Of a DNA stretch of 35,090 nt, positions 1 to 11,039 are shown piece after piece. The DNA is from Octopus sinensis (Eukaryota): the NCBI RefSeq assembly GCF_006345805.1, contig NW_021829913.1, forward strand, positions 1 through 35,090. Reading direction: 5' to 3'. The notes under the pieces were generated by a model. It searched no databases, was not told the DNA's origin, and saw only the letters and a program-made list of their open reading frames with translations. Numbering within the stretch: position 1 is the stretch's first letter; each line of letters starts with the position of its first letter. Both the position numbers and the translations under genes were made by a program.

Positions 1-166
1 TATATATGTATATATATTGTGCTTCCACTATATATATATATATTATATATAATATATATATATCTACGAAATTTAACCTTAGGCTACCTCAAGCCGTAAT
101 CCCATCTTACCCCATCTTTCCGCCATCGGCGGTGCGCCCCCCCCCACCCCCACCACCAATACCGAT

Positions 167-365
167 GAACACTGTTCTCACCCCCACCACCAATACCGGT
201 GAACACTGTTCTCACCCCCACCACCAATACCAGTGAACACTGTTCTCACCGCCACCACCAATACCGGTGAACCTGTTTTTCACCCCCACCACCAATACCA
301 GTATACCCTGTTCTCACCGTCTACACCGGATACGCCCTACTCATCTACACCGGATACGCCCTACT
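167..365 (+). repeat. Tandem minisatellites in the RTE 5' UTR
   Basis: About 4 copies of a ~33-bp unit aacactgttctcacccccaccaccaataccggtg (167-310), then 2 copies of ctacaccggatacgccctactc (321-365). Confidence 0.85.
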
Positions 366-712
366 CCCTCCTCCTCCCCCCACTACCCCTTCTCCTCATA
401 TGCTTTCACTGTGAAAAGACAAGCTGCTAGCGCCGTAGCTCATCAACTGCCCACCGATCTTACGCTTCCTCCTGACACTGCCTCAATCCGACCATCCCCT
501 TTTAGTACCCTCCCGCCTCGTAATATCCTACGTTTTTATTTCTTACGAACCTACACCAACCCTTCCTGCCATCGTTCCTCCTTACCCCAACCTTCCCCAC
601 TGGTTGCTCCCCTATATTACCCGCCTCAACTGGACCCCCCCTCCCCAACTCAACTCTAGAATATCTGTATTTCTTTCCTCTACCTAATTACGTTACTCAG
701 TGACGATAACGA

Positions 713-3700
713 ATGTCCACTGCTAACACCAGCTCCTGCCCACGGCGTGGTCAGGTTGGAAGAGAGATCAAAAGAAAAATACCACGAAAACTATCACCAC
801 CACAACAACCCTCCTCTTCTCAGGCGCCGAATCCCCCCCGTCCACCCCACATCTCCTTCCCAGTTTTCAGACTTGGCACTATCAATGTTGGTACATTGAC
901 AGGCAAGTCTAGTGAGATTGTAGAGATGCTAGAGAGAAGACAGGTTGATGTATGCTGCATACAAGAGGTAAGATGGAGAGATGCTTCGGCTAGGGTCCTC
1001 ACGGGCAAGGCACTTAGGTACAAACTCTACTGGCAAGGTAACGCAGAAGGTGTAGGGGGTGTAGGCATTCTCCTTGCGGAGGAATGGGTGGATAAGGTCA
1101 TAGAGGTTGTCAGGGTTGTGATAGAGTGCTTAAGCTCAGGTTGGTCCTACAGAGTGGCACAGCTATGATTATCTCAGCCTATGCCCCACAAGCGGGACTA
1201 CCAAATGATCAGAAGGACAACTTTTATGATACCCTTCTGCAGGCTACTTCAAAGACTAGTAACAAGGACCTCATCTTTGTAGGTGGAGATTTTAATGGGC
1301 ATGTTGGGCGGGAATCGGGTATCTTCACTGGGGTACATGGTGGCTATGGTATTGGCACCAGAAATGATGAGGGAACTAGACTGCTGGAATTCTGTGATGC
1401 ATGTAACCTTTCAATCTGCAACACTAACTTCAAGAAGCCAGTCTGCCACCTTATAACTTATCAGTCAGGAGACTCCGCTAGCCAAATAGACTTCATCCTC
1501 ACCAGACAACGGGATGCAGGGTTGCTCTTGAATACAAAGACCCTCCCGGGTGAAGAATGTATCCCTCAGCATAGACTAATCATCAGTGACTTTAAGCTTG
1601 AGGCCAGAAGGACTCCAAGAAACAAACCAATCCAGAAAAGAAGGATTTGGAGGCTAAAGAACCCTTCGCATGGTCAGAAATTTAGGGACATACTCATCAA
1701 GAAATTTGATGAGAGGGAGGAGGAGCTTCAGACGTCAGACATAGAAGGTAGCTGGGATTTCCTACGGGACAGCTTGTTGAGTGCCACAGACCAAGTCTGT
1801 GGATGGTGCAAAGTCCCTTCCAGACCTAGAATTACGTGGTGGTGGAATAGTGCAGTAGATAAAGCCATCTGTGAAAAGAGACGGGCCTGGAAAGCCTGGA
1901 AGGATGGGGGCAGCAGGGAACTGTACCAGATAGCCAAAAGGGAGGCTGGGCGGCAGGTATACATTGCCAAAGATGTAGCAGAAAAGAAGAAGTTTGCCAA
2001 TGTCCAGCGTCGCGAGGATCAAAGAGCTGAAGTATTTCGGATTGCCAGACAGTGTGTCAGAGAAAATAGCGATGTTATAGGAGAGAAATGTGTCCGCATG
2101 GATGATGGGGCACTTGCTTTTACTACTAGTGAAAAGAAAGAGGCTTGGAGAAGCCATTATGAAAGACTGCTGAATGAGGAGAATGAATGGGAGGAGGAGA
2201 GCCTGCCAAATGTTGACCCAGTAGAGGGACCAGCTACCCGAATAGACAGCTCCCTTGTAGATAAGGCAATTAAGGATATGAAACCAGGCAAAGCCCCTGG
2301 CCTATCAGGAATCACTGCTGAGATGCTTAAAACAGCTGGCTATGTGGGCTATGCCATAGTCACCCGCATTGTAAACCAGGTAGTTCACAATGGAGTCATA
2401 CCCAATGACTGGTGCAGCAGCACCATAGTCAACTGCTACAAGGGTAAGGGTGATGCTCTAGATAGAAATAACTACAGAGGTATCAAACTGTTGGACCAGG
2501 TGATGAAGGTCTCAGAGAAGGTCATAACCAATCTCATTAGGGAGAGAATTTGTTTAGATGAAATGCAGTTCGGTTTTGTACCAGGTAGAAGCACCACTGA
2601 TGCTATATTCCTGGTCCGACAACTGCAGGAGAAGTACCTAGCTAAAGATAAACCCCTCTACATAGCTTTTGTAGACTTGGAGAAAGCCTTGACAGGGTTC
2701 CCCGTTCCCTTATCTGGTGGTCGATGCGGAAACTGGAGATTGAAGAATGGCTAATAAGGGCTGTACAGGCTCTATACAGAGAGGCTGTCAGCAAGGTTAG
2801 GATTGGCAACGAATATAGTGAAGAATTCCGGGTAGAAGTAGGTGTGCACCAGGGCTCAGCCCTCAGTCCCCTTTTATTCATCATAGTCCTTCAGGCAATA
2901 ACAGAGGAATTCAAAACGGGATGCCCCTGGGAGCTCCTCTATGCCGATGACCTAGCTCTCATAGCAGAATCACTACCGGAACTAGAAGAGAAATTTCGGG
3001 TGTGGAAGCAAGGGTTGGAATCAAAGGGCCTTAGAATAAATGTAGCAAAGACCAAAGTATTAGTAAGCAGCAAGAGGTACTCAGCACACATCCCCTCGGG
3101 TAGGTGGCCCTGCTCAACTGTAGGAAAGGTACAGGTAGAAACTCCATAAGATGCACCCAATGTAAGTTATGGACACATAAGAGGTGCAGCAACATTAAAG
3201 GGAAATTAACAGATAAGATAGCTTTCATGTGCGGCAGATGCACAGGGACAATAGACACAACAGACACTCAGAAAACAGATTCCATCACACTCCAGGGAGA
3301 GAAACTAGAAGTAGTTGATAGTTTCCGCTACCTGGGTGACCAAGTTAGTAGCGGAGGTGGATGCACAGAGAGTATCACCACTAGAATACGAATAGCCTGG
3401 GCAAAGTTCAGAAAGCTCCTACCCCTACTGGCAACAAAAGGTCTCTCCCTCAGAGCAAAAGGTAGATTGTATGATGCATGTGTGCGAACTGCCATGCTTC
3501 ACGGTAATGAAACATGGGCTGTGACTGCAGAAGACATGCGTAGACTTGAAAGAAATGAAGCTAGCATGATCCGCTGGATGTGTAGTGTCAGTGTGCACGC
3601 AAAACAGAGTGTAAGTATCCTGAGAGAAATGCTGGATATAAGAAGCATCAGATGGGGTGTGCAAGAGCGACGCTTGCGATGGTATGGTCATGTGCTGCAG

Positions 3701-3943
3701 ATGGATGAAGAGAGATGTGTGAAGAAGTGCCACTCCCAAACAGTTGAAGGTATCAGGGGGAGAGGTAGACCCAGGAAGACATGGGATGAGGTGGTCAAGC
3801 ATGACCTCAGAGCATTGGGCCTCACTGAGGCAATGGCGAAGGACCGAGATCTCTGGAGATATGCTGTTACTACAAAGACCCGGGCTGCTTTCTGCAGCAA
3901 TTCCACATACCCCCTACCCATTCTAAGTACCCCGGATCCCTAA
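713..3943 (+). CDS. RTE ORF (AP endonuclease + reverse transcriptase + PHD-type zinc finger), ~1,077 aa after restoring three 1-nt deletions (~1116, ~2690, ~3117)
   Basis: No in-frame stops in the repaired frame. Breaks restore VVRVCDRVLKL, EKAFDRVPRS and PCSICRKG. The last two are confirmed by the paralogous copies at 14244 (gcctttgac) and 24943 (tgctcgatctgt). Confidence 0.88.
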
Positions 3944-3990
3944 AGTACCCTGGATCCCCAAAGTACCCCGATCCCCAAAGTACCCCGGAC
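3921..3990 (+). repeat. Tandem ~16-bp repeat at the start of the RTE 3' UTR
   Basis: aagtaccc(c)ggatccc(c/t)a-like unit repeated about 4 times, overlapping the ORF stop. Confidence 0.8.
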
Positions 3991-4260
3991 CTCGTTGCCC
4001 CCGTGCCGCTGACACGTTAAAATGCTCGAACCGATCGTGACGATGCTGGACCCTCCGGCCCCTGTGCAGGTGGCACAGAAAAAGTACCCAATCCACTCAC
4101 GGAGTGGTTGGCGTTAGGAAGGGCATCCAGCCGTAGAAACTCTGCCAGATTCAGACTGGAGCCTGGAGAGGCCCCTGGCTTCCCAGACCCGGTCGAACCG
4201 TCCAACACGTGCTAGCGCGGAAAGCGGACGTTAAACGATGATGATGATGATGATGATGAT

Positions 4261-4808
<548 letters not shown>

Positions 4809-5664
4809 ATATACATATATATATCCACACATATACACACACACACACACACACCATATATATTCAAGTAAATCAATCTCATGTAAAATCAACCCTCTCC
4901 TTTTGGCCTAAAAATTAGGAATTATCCATTGACCCCGATAAAGGTCAACTCTGTATTTCTCAAAGAAAAGACAGCCTCTGTGGGTCAAGATACCGTATTA
5001 TCTTCTACATAGAAATGACACTGTTACAAAATTGTGTGGCTACCTAACTGTAGGAATGGTGGAATGCTTGGTGCTTATAGTAAAATACCATTAATAGGGA
5101 CACTTCACATCTGTTGAGGGATTGCGATTGAATGAGTGCGACAGAAAGAAAAGAAGTGATAGAGAGATACTGAGCGTGAGTGTTGAGGGTAGAGAAGAGA
5201 GAGAGAGAGAGAGAGAGAGGCGCAGACAGCAACAGAGAGTTGCCAGTTGTAAAATGCGGATGAATCTCCCACTTGAGGTAGAAAAAAAGGTGGCAGGCAG
5301 GGGTCTTCAAAGGGAACAGTAATTTACTCATTAATTACTTCATACTGAAACCAATTACTTCATATTAGCAGTAATTATTTTCATTTCGAGTCTATCTATC
5401 TATGCATGTGGTGTGTGTAGGTATATAATTATGTATGTATGTCTGTATCTAAAAATGTTTTATTGCTTAAGAAAAGCTCAAAATGCTTAAATAAGTGATG
5501 ACCATTAGGGGCGATATCAGGGCAATAGGCACTGTGAAGAGGTTTTTAAAGGATCTTTCCATAGACACACACATTGCATTCTCAGATAAATTCTTTCATT
5601 TTTTCCCCCATTTATTCTAATCCATATTTTTTCATCCATAATTTTTACCAAATCAGTCAATAAA

Positions 5665-6050
5665 ATATTCTCCTTCATTGATCACAACTCCTTACCAATA
5701 TTTTGTTAGCTTCTCAATGCCCTGACGGTAGAAATTTCCTGGTCTTGCAATCGAAGAATTCATCGAGCCATGTTTTCAACTTCATGGCCGAGTTGAACGA
5801 AACGCCTTGCAGACTGTTGGAGAGCGACAATGGGGTAAAGAAATCTCGGCCTGTGTCCACGGGTAGCCTGGAGTGTGTCTCTTTTGTTCAGACCGTATGG
5901 TACCCATGCAACAAGATTTAGGACCTTACCCATCGAGTGCAGGTGATTCGCGACGGTACCATGAGAACCTCCCATCTGCTGGTTCAATTCCCTAAAGAAC
6001 TGGCATGAATCCTCATGGATGCGCTCCTTCTATCGATCCTCTTTGACACT
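5665..6050 (-). mobile_element. Internally deleted mariner transposase relic
   Basis: Minus strand gives HTH/linker SHGTVANHLHSMGKVLNLVAWVPYGL (WVPHEL motif) joined almost directly to C-terminal LSNSLQGVSFNS...WLDEFF...GIEKLTKYW*GVVINEGEYFID. Most of the catalytic core is missing and I found no TIRs. Confidence 0.8.
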
Positions 6051-6385
6051 CCAACCTCATTTTCCTGATAGGTGGTCAAGTTTATTGAACTCTCAAAATG
6101 ACAAACATAAACTGAAGAGAAAAATAGACATACTAAACACTCGTAAAAGTCTGGATAAATATATTTTGAGGAGAATTGAAATAATGTTGGAAAATAAGAA
6201 ACAAATTAATCTGAATAATACACACGCAGGCACGCTTGCTTTTGTGTGTGTGTGTGTGTGTGTGAACGTGTGTATATACCAATTGGAAAGATTTTATAGA
6301 AAATAAGCAAAACTAGGGACAAATAAAAAGAGAAGTACAGCAAAGAAAGCCCTTGCTAAACATAGAAACTGTGTCGTCCCTCAGT

Positions 6386-6744
6386 TGCTTAACTTCACAT
6401 CTGAGAAGTCATCTTCATGAAACTGGCTGTAAGATCATTCTAGCAAACATGCTCATGTGTCATATTCTTTTCTACTCTAGGCACAAGGCCCGAAATCTTT
6501 GGGGAGGGGGGCTAGTCGATTAGATCGACCCCAGTATGCAACTGGTACTTAATTTATAGATCCCGAAAGAATGAAAGGCAAAGTCGACCTGGCATTATTT
6601 GAACTCAGAACGTAAAGACGAAATACCCCTAAGCATTTCCCCTGGTGTGCTAACGTTTCTGCCAGCTCACCGCCTTTCATGTGTCATATTTGTAATAAGA
6701 CATTTAAGTCCTGCCTTGGTCTAAAAAGGCATTTAAATATCCAT
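6386..6744 (+). pseudogene. Relic of tandem C2H2 zinc fingers (3' end of an RTE/RTE-X-like LINE, or a C2H2-ZNF remnant), split by a SINE
   Basis: After removing the SINE and one TSD copy, a single frame reads CLTSHLRSHLHETGCKIILANMLM-CHICNKTFKSCLGLKRHLNIH (C-x2-C-x12-H-x3-H at 6682-6744). Confidence 0.65.
6467..6676 (-). mobile_element. tRNA-derived SINE (local family A) with 14-bp TSD
   Basis: Head GGCGGTGAGCTGGCAGAAACGTTAGC, B-box-like ttctgagttcaaat, core gtcgactttgcctttcattctttcggg...taagtaccag (resembles the Meta-type SINE core). Perfect TSD tcatgtgtcatatt at 6453-6466 and 6677-6690. Confidence 0.9.
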
Positions 6745-6864
6745 AAATCAGACAAGACAACAACACTGTACCATTTGATGTGTGAAACTTATTTGCATTG
6801 TTTGTGATGCAAATTTCAAACAGTTTTTGGGATTGAAAAGCCACTTAGGGGCTCATGCTTCATC

Positions 6865-8062
6865 TTGGGGTGATATTTGACAGTTTGCACAAAGGAAATG
6901 AAAGGACCATATCCCATCCAAAAGTAAAAGTATTTTTAAATAATTGAAAAATCAACCATGTTACGGTCGGGATAAAAGAGTTTAATCAAAGTAGCCACCC
7001 TCAACTGCCACCAGGGCCTCAAGGTGTCTCTGGAACCTAGCCCTTGTGTTCCTCGTTGAGTTCCTCAGATGATCTTCGAATGCCTTCTTCATCTTGGCCA
7101 TCAGCTCAGACTTTGTGTTGCAGAGAGAGCGGTTCATGTCTTTCCCAACTGCGCCACACACATAATAATCCATGGATTTGCAATCAGGGGGTTTAGAAAT
7201 TAAGAAATGGGGGCTGGTGAAGTCAAAGAAATTCTCCGACAACCACTTTTGATTATTTCTGGAAGTATGGAGACATAGTAATCCTGCTGCCACACATATG
7301 GCATTCCAGCAGAAATTTCTCCAGCCAGGGTTTCAACAGAGTCTCCACATAACCGTCTGAATTGACCCAAAAGCCCTGAGGGGTAGCACGATGTCACCCT
7401 CACTCAAGATACACTCAAAGACAGTCACTGTTTTGGGCAACTTTGTTTTTCATGATACACAGCACATCACGTGGATTTGTTTTCTTACAACTGTGAATAA
7501 CCAGACAATTCTTGGTTCAACGGGATGCCTTACCTTGTTCAGGAGATCTTTTGGCCTTGGTCAGGAGGTCCTCCTTGAACTTGGCTATCAGAATTTGTCC
7601 TTTGCTACCACGTGTAGTGGTAGCACAGGTCCTTCTTCAGGATCAGCTTCACAGTGGCAACTCTGACACCCATCTCGCTCACCAAAGCCCACATTCCTTT
7701 GTTTGGGTCTTACATCCCCTTCCCCTGCCATTGTGGATGAACCTTGGCATTCAGATCCAGTCAGGACCCATGATGTACCCTTTCCTTCTGGCCATGGTGT
7801 CGTAGTCTCCATTGCAGTTCTCCATGTCACGTGCTACAGCCTTAAAAATGTTCACAAAGCATTGAGCACCAGTCAGGATGTTGGCATTTGGGTACCTGGG
7901 TTGAATCATCATGATACAGGTAACTCGTTTCTAATATGCAGATGCCTGCCACACCTCCATCTCAGCTAACTTGTTTTTCTCAACGATACCTTTGACTGAT
8001 CGCCAACATATCAAGTGGTTCCTTAAGAAACAAGACATAGCAGATCGTCAAATATGACCCAG
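6865..8062 (-). mobile_element. Decayed Tc1/mariner-superfamily element, maT (DD37D) type, ~1.2 kb
   Basis: Minus strand: HTH MWALVSEMGVRVATVKLILKKDL, LLNKVRHPVEPRIVWLF, VF.CI.SEGD, YVWQQD-x37-D(YYV) after one 1-nt repair, C-terminal RLEALVAVEGGYFD. Candidate TIR gggt(g/c)atatttgac at 6868-6881 and 8047-8060. Confidence 0.8.
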
Positions 8063-8142
8063 ACATCCAGGTACTTGTATATACAAACATTCTCGGCTGT
8101 ACATGCATAGTGTATATATTATCTTTATACACACATTTATCA

Positions 8143-8348
8143 CGGAATAGCATTGAGGGAAATCTCCCTACGCGACCCCGAGTGTTAAAGAACACTGAAT
8201 GTCTCCGAACAGGCCAGACAAACTGTCCCCTACATGAGCTAGAATGGTAGATATCGATATTCCCCATTATTGTAGTTCCGGGTACCATGCATTCAGTGTT
8301 CTTTAACACCTGTCGTTATGTAGGGAGTCTCCCCAGAATGCTATCCCG
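8143..8348. mobile_element. MITE-like element with ~59-bp imperfect TIRs
   Basis: Perfect 20-bp inverted repeat gtgttaaagaacactgaatg (8182-8201 / 8290-8309), extending outward through ctccctac and atagcatt matches. Confidence 0.65.
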
Positions 8349-8759
8349 CAACAAACTGGCGGATAAACAAAACACATACACTATCAATATGCGACCGATA
8401 AAGTGTGTGTGTGTGTGTGTGTGTGTGTATTTACTACACAAGAATTCACTATAAAGGAAATATCAAGTGTTGAACATTTTCAGTGAGTTGATAGATACAG
8501 AGAGAGGGAGATGTATGATTCTACACGCATAAATGCATATATGTATATATGCGTACACACATAAATGAGTGTATGTAGAAGTGGTATGCATACACATGTG
8601 TGTATATATATACAAATATAAATATTATTTGAAACATTTTATTGCTCAGCAAGAATAAAGCACCATAAAAGGTAGAATTATAAATATAGAAAGCAGGCGT
8701 ACACGAAGTACGATCATTGCTAGAAATAGCAGCCGGTAAGCTATTGGCGATATGTAGAG

Positions 8760-9235
8760 CATCACTGAATGTTTACAGGCAGAGCCGCTAAGTTATGGGG
8801 ATATAAACAAACCAACATCGGCTATCAAGCGCTGGTCGGAGGACAAACACAGACACACACACAAATATAAACGTGTGTGTGTGTGTATGTCTGTTTGTCC
8901 ACTCATCAGCGCTTGAGAACAGGAGTCGGTGTATTGATGTCTGCATAACTCAGCGGTTCGGCAAAGCAACTGATAGAATACTTACCTGGGGGGGGGGGGG
9001 TCGAATTGTTTGACAAAAACGCTTCAAGGTGAAGCCCCAGCATAGCCGCAGTCAAATGACTGAAACAAGTAAAAGAATAAAAGAATACATGTGTATATCT
9101 GTATAGATTGCTTCCCAACTGTGTGGTTCTGGGTTCAATCCCACTGCATGGCACCTTGGGTAAGTGTCTTGTACCATAGCCTCGGGCCAACCAAAGCCTT
9201 CTGAGTGGATTTGGTAGACGGAATTTGAACTCAGA
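8760..9235. mobile_element. Family B SINE pieces: minus-strand tail (8760-8870), plus-strand tail (8885-9085), plus-strand head (9105-9235)
   Basis: Similarity to the complete copy at 19772-20186 (ccagcatggccgcagtcaaatgactgaaacaagtaaaagaata tail; ccttgggcaagtgtc...ggatttggtagacgg head). Confidence 0.8.
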
Positions 9236-9246
9236 ATGTGAAGGCA

Positions 9247-9460
9247 AACGAAATACTGCTAATCATTTCTCCCGGTGTGCTAGCGATTCTGCCGGGGCAA
9301 GCTTGGAGAGTCGTGAGCAAATCGGACAAGATGCTTAGCGCCATTCCGTCCATCTTTGCGCTCTCAGTTCACATTCTGCCAAAGTTGACATTGCTTTTAA
9401 TTCTTTCAGGGTCGATAAAGAAAGTAGCAGTGAGGCAGCAGGGTCAATGAAGTCGACCTA
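9247..9460. mobile_element. Family A SINE: inverted head (9247-9293, minus) back-to-back with a plus-strand copy (9295-9460)
   Basis: Reverse complement of 9247-9293 is ggcagaatcgctagcacaccgggagaaatgattagcagtatttc. The plus copy has atgcttagcg...ttctttcagggtcgataaa. Confidence 0.7.
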
Positions 9461-9497
9461 CCCCACTAAAAATATATAAATATACATATATATATAC

Positions 9498-9882
9498 GTG
9501 AGGTTATTTGCCACCTAAATGTGGCTAACCTTAAGGGTTGATGCTACTGTAGCTTGTAGCCCCAGGACGACATCTCCTCCAGCTGGCTATTGACACACTT
9601 TCTGTGCCCTATCAGTATTTGCAAAGGGAAGCCATCGTTCCCTTCTCCAGTCTGACATTATACACATGGACCGGAGTTTCTGGACAGGTCAATGCCAGAA
9701 ACTCGGGTCCGTGTGTATCACGTCAGGTTGAAGATGGGAAGGACGGCTTCCCTTTGCAAATACTGATAGGGCACAGAAAGTTTGTCAATAGCCAGCTGGA
9801 GGAGATGTCTTCCTGGGGCTACAAGCTACAGTAGCATCAACCCTTAAGGGTTAGTCATATTTAGGTGGCAAATATACTTCAC
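9498..9882. mobile_element. 385-bp foldback / MITE: two ~186-bp inverted arms with an 11-nt loop
   Basis: Arms pair along their length (for example ccttaagggttgatgctactgtagcttgtagccccagg and cagtatttgcaaagggaagcc with their reverse complements); loop acaggtcaatg at 9684-9694. Confidence 0.9.
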
Positions 9883-9989
9883 AATGTTGTGCAGTTACAG
9901 TTCATACCTCGCTCAGAGATTTATGATATATATATCCCTCTCTCCTCTCTTTCGGAGAGGCACTGAGCAGCTATACGCACACATACACA

Positions 9990-10128
9990 CACGGCAGAGT
10001 AACTCCCGCCTACCGAATTCAATCACAAAGCTTCGGTTGGCTCGGGGCTATAGTGGAAGACACCTACCCAATGTGCCACGCAGTGGGACTGAACCCTGAA
10101 GCCAGGTAGCAAGGAAGCAAGCTCCCTA
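9990..10128 (-). mobile_element. Family B SINE head
   Basis: Reverse complement contains gggttcagtcccactgcgtggcacattgggtaggtgtcttccactatagccccgagccaacc. Confidence 0.8.
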
Positions 10129-10129
10129 A

Positions 10130-10179
<50 letters not shown>

Positions 10180-10249
10180 AGAGAGAGAGAGAGAGGAGGG
10201 AGTGAAAGAGAGACAGACAGAAAGAGAGAGGACAGAAAGAGACTATTAG

Positions 10250-10428
10250 CTAGATGGATGTGTAGGCAAGGGCGTGTGTGCAATGCAGTGGTGTTGGCAG
10301 TTGAGGTGAAGGAGATAATGGCAAGGAGTCATTGTTTCCTCTGATATTGCAATCTCTTATTTCTTTGGCAAATCTCAAAGTTGAAGAGAATTTCACAATA
10401 AATGATGGCAGGTGGCAGGGAGGAGGGT
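10250..10428 (-). CDS. Candidate terminal coding exon of an unidentified minus-strand gene
   Basis: Acceptor cttatcctgtttgcag, then an open frame xPPPCHLPSFIVKFSSTLRFAKEIRDC...AYTSI* in non-repeat sequence. No family recognised. Confidence 0.3.
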
Positions 10429-10569
10429 CTGCAAACAGGATAAGAGCTGATAGGGGTGCAATATCACAGAAGATATATAAAGAGGAGTTGGGGGTAGGTA
10501 AGGGGGCGTTAATGGGTGTACGGTGTGTGTATACAAGAGCAACAGCTATGATAACTGTGTATGTGTGTG

Positions 10570-10920
10570 TGTAGTATCACTTTGTAAAGCCACATGGTTC
10601 TGGGTTCAGTCCCATTGCATGGCACCTTGGGCAGTTGTCATCGACTACAGCCACAGGCTGAGAAAAACCTTGTGAGAGGATAGGGTAAACGGAAACTGAA
10701 AGAAGCCCATCATCTCCAAGTGTGTGTTTGTCTCTCCCCTCCCACTGCTTGACAACCAGTGTTGGTGTGTTCATGTTCCTGTAACTTAGCGACTTGGCAA
10801 AACGAGATCGACAGAATAGGTTCTAGTCTTTAAAATAGTAAGTACAGGAGTTGATTCACTTGACTAAATGTCATCAGGGCATTGCTCCATCATGGGCGTA
10901 GTTTAATGACTGAAACTAGT
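10570..10920 (+). mobile_element. Family B SINE, near complete, diverged
   Basis: Head (gggttcagtcccattgcatggcaccttgggcag) plus tail (gcttgacaaccagtgttggtgtg...aatgactgaaac). Confidence 0.8.
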
Positions 10921-11039
10921 ATAGTACACACACACACACACATAACTGGAAACAAGCTATGTTAGATGATGATTATGATACATACATACATATGTACGTA
11001 CGTATGTCTATATATGTATGTATCAATTTAAAAACTGAA

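Larger units (their letters stand above)
64..4260 (+). mobile_element. Full-length RTE-clade non-LTR retrotransposon (LINE) with ~650-bp 5' UTR, single APE-RT ORF, 3' UTR and (GAT)n tail
   Basis: Four overlapping plus-strand ORFs (713-1168, 1126-2754, 2724-3149, 3104-3943) join into one protein. Endonuclease motifs: TINVGTL, CCIQEVRW, SAYAPQ, GGDFNGH, IDFIL, PQHRL. RT motifs: NYRGIKLL, QFGFVPGRSTTDAI, QGSALSP, LLYADDL, FRYLG. RTE-type C-terminus LRWYGHV...RGRGRPRKTW. Ends in (GAT)8 at 4237-4260. Confidence 0.95.

Noticed and set aside
167-310. CRISPR-like repeat array
   Set aside because: Units are directly adjacent with no unique spacers, the context is eukaryotic and there are no cas genes; it is a UTR minisatellite.
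64-712. HDV-like ribozyme in the RTE 5' UTR, as known for some RTE elements
   Set aside because: I could not identify the nested P1/P2/P3/P1.1 pairing by eye; only a small ccgcc-atc-ggcgg hairpin. A descriptor search (RNArobo or Infernal) would be needed, so it is not claimed.
820-3921. Minus-strand ORFs overlapping the RTE ORF
   Set aside because: Antisense shadows of a coding sequence with no recognisable motifs.
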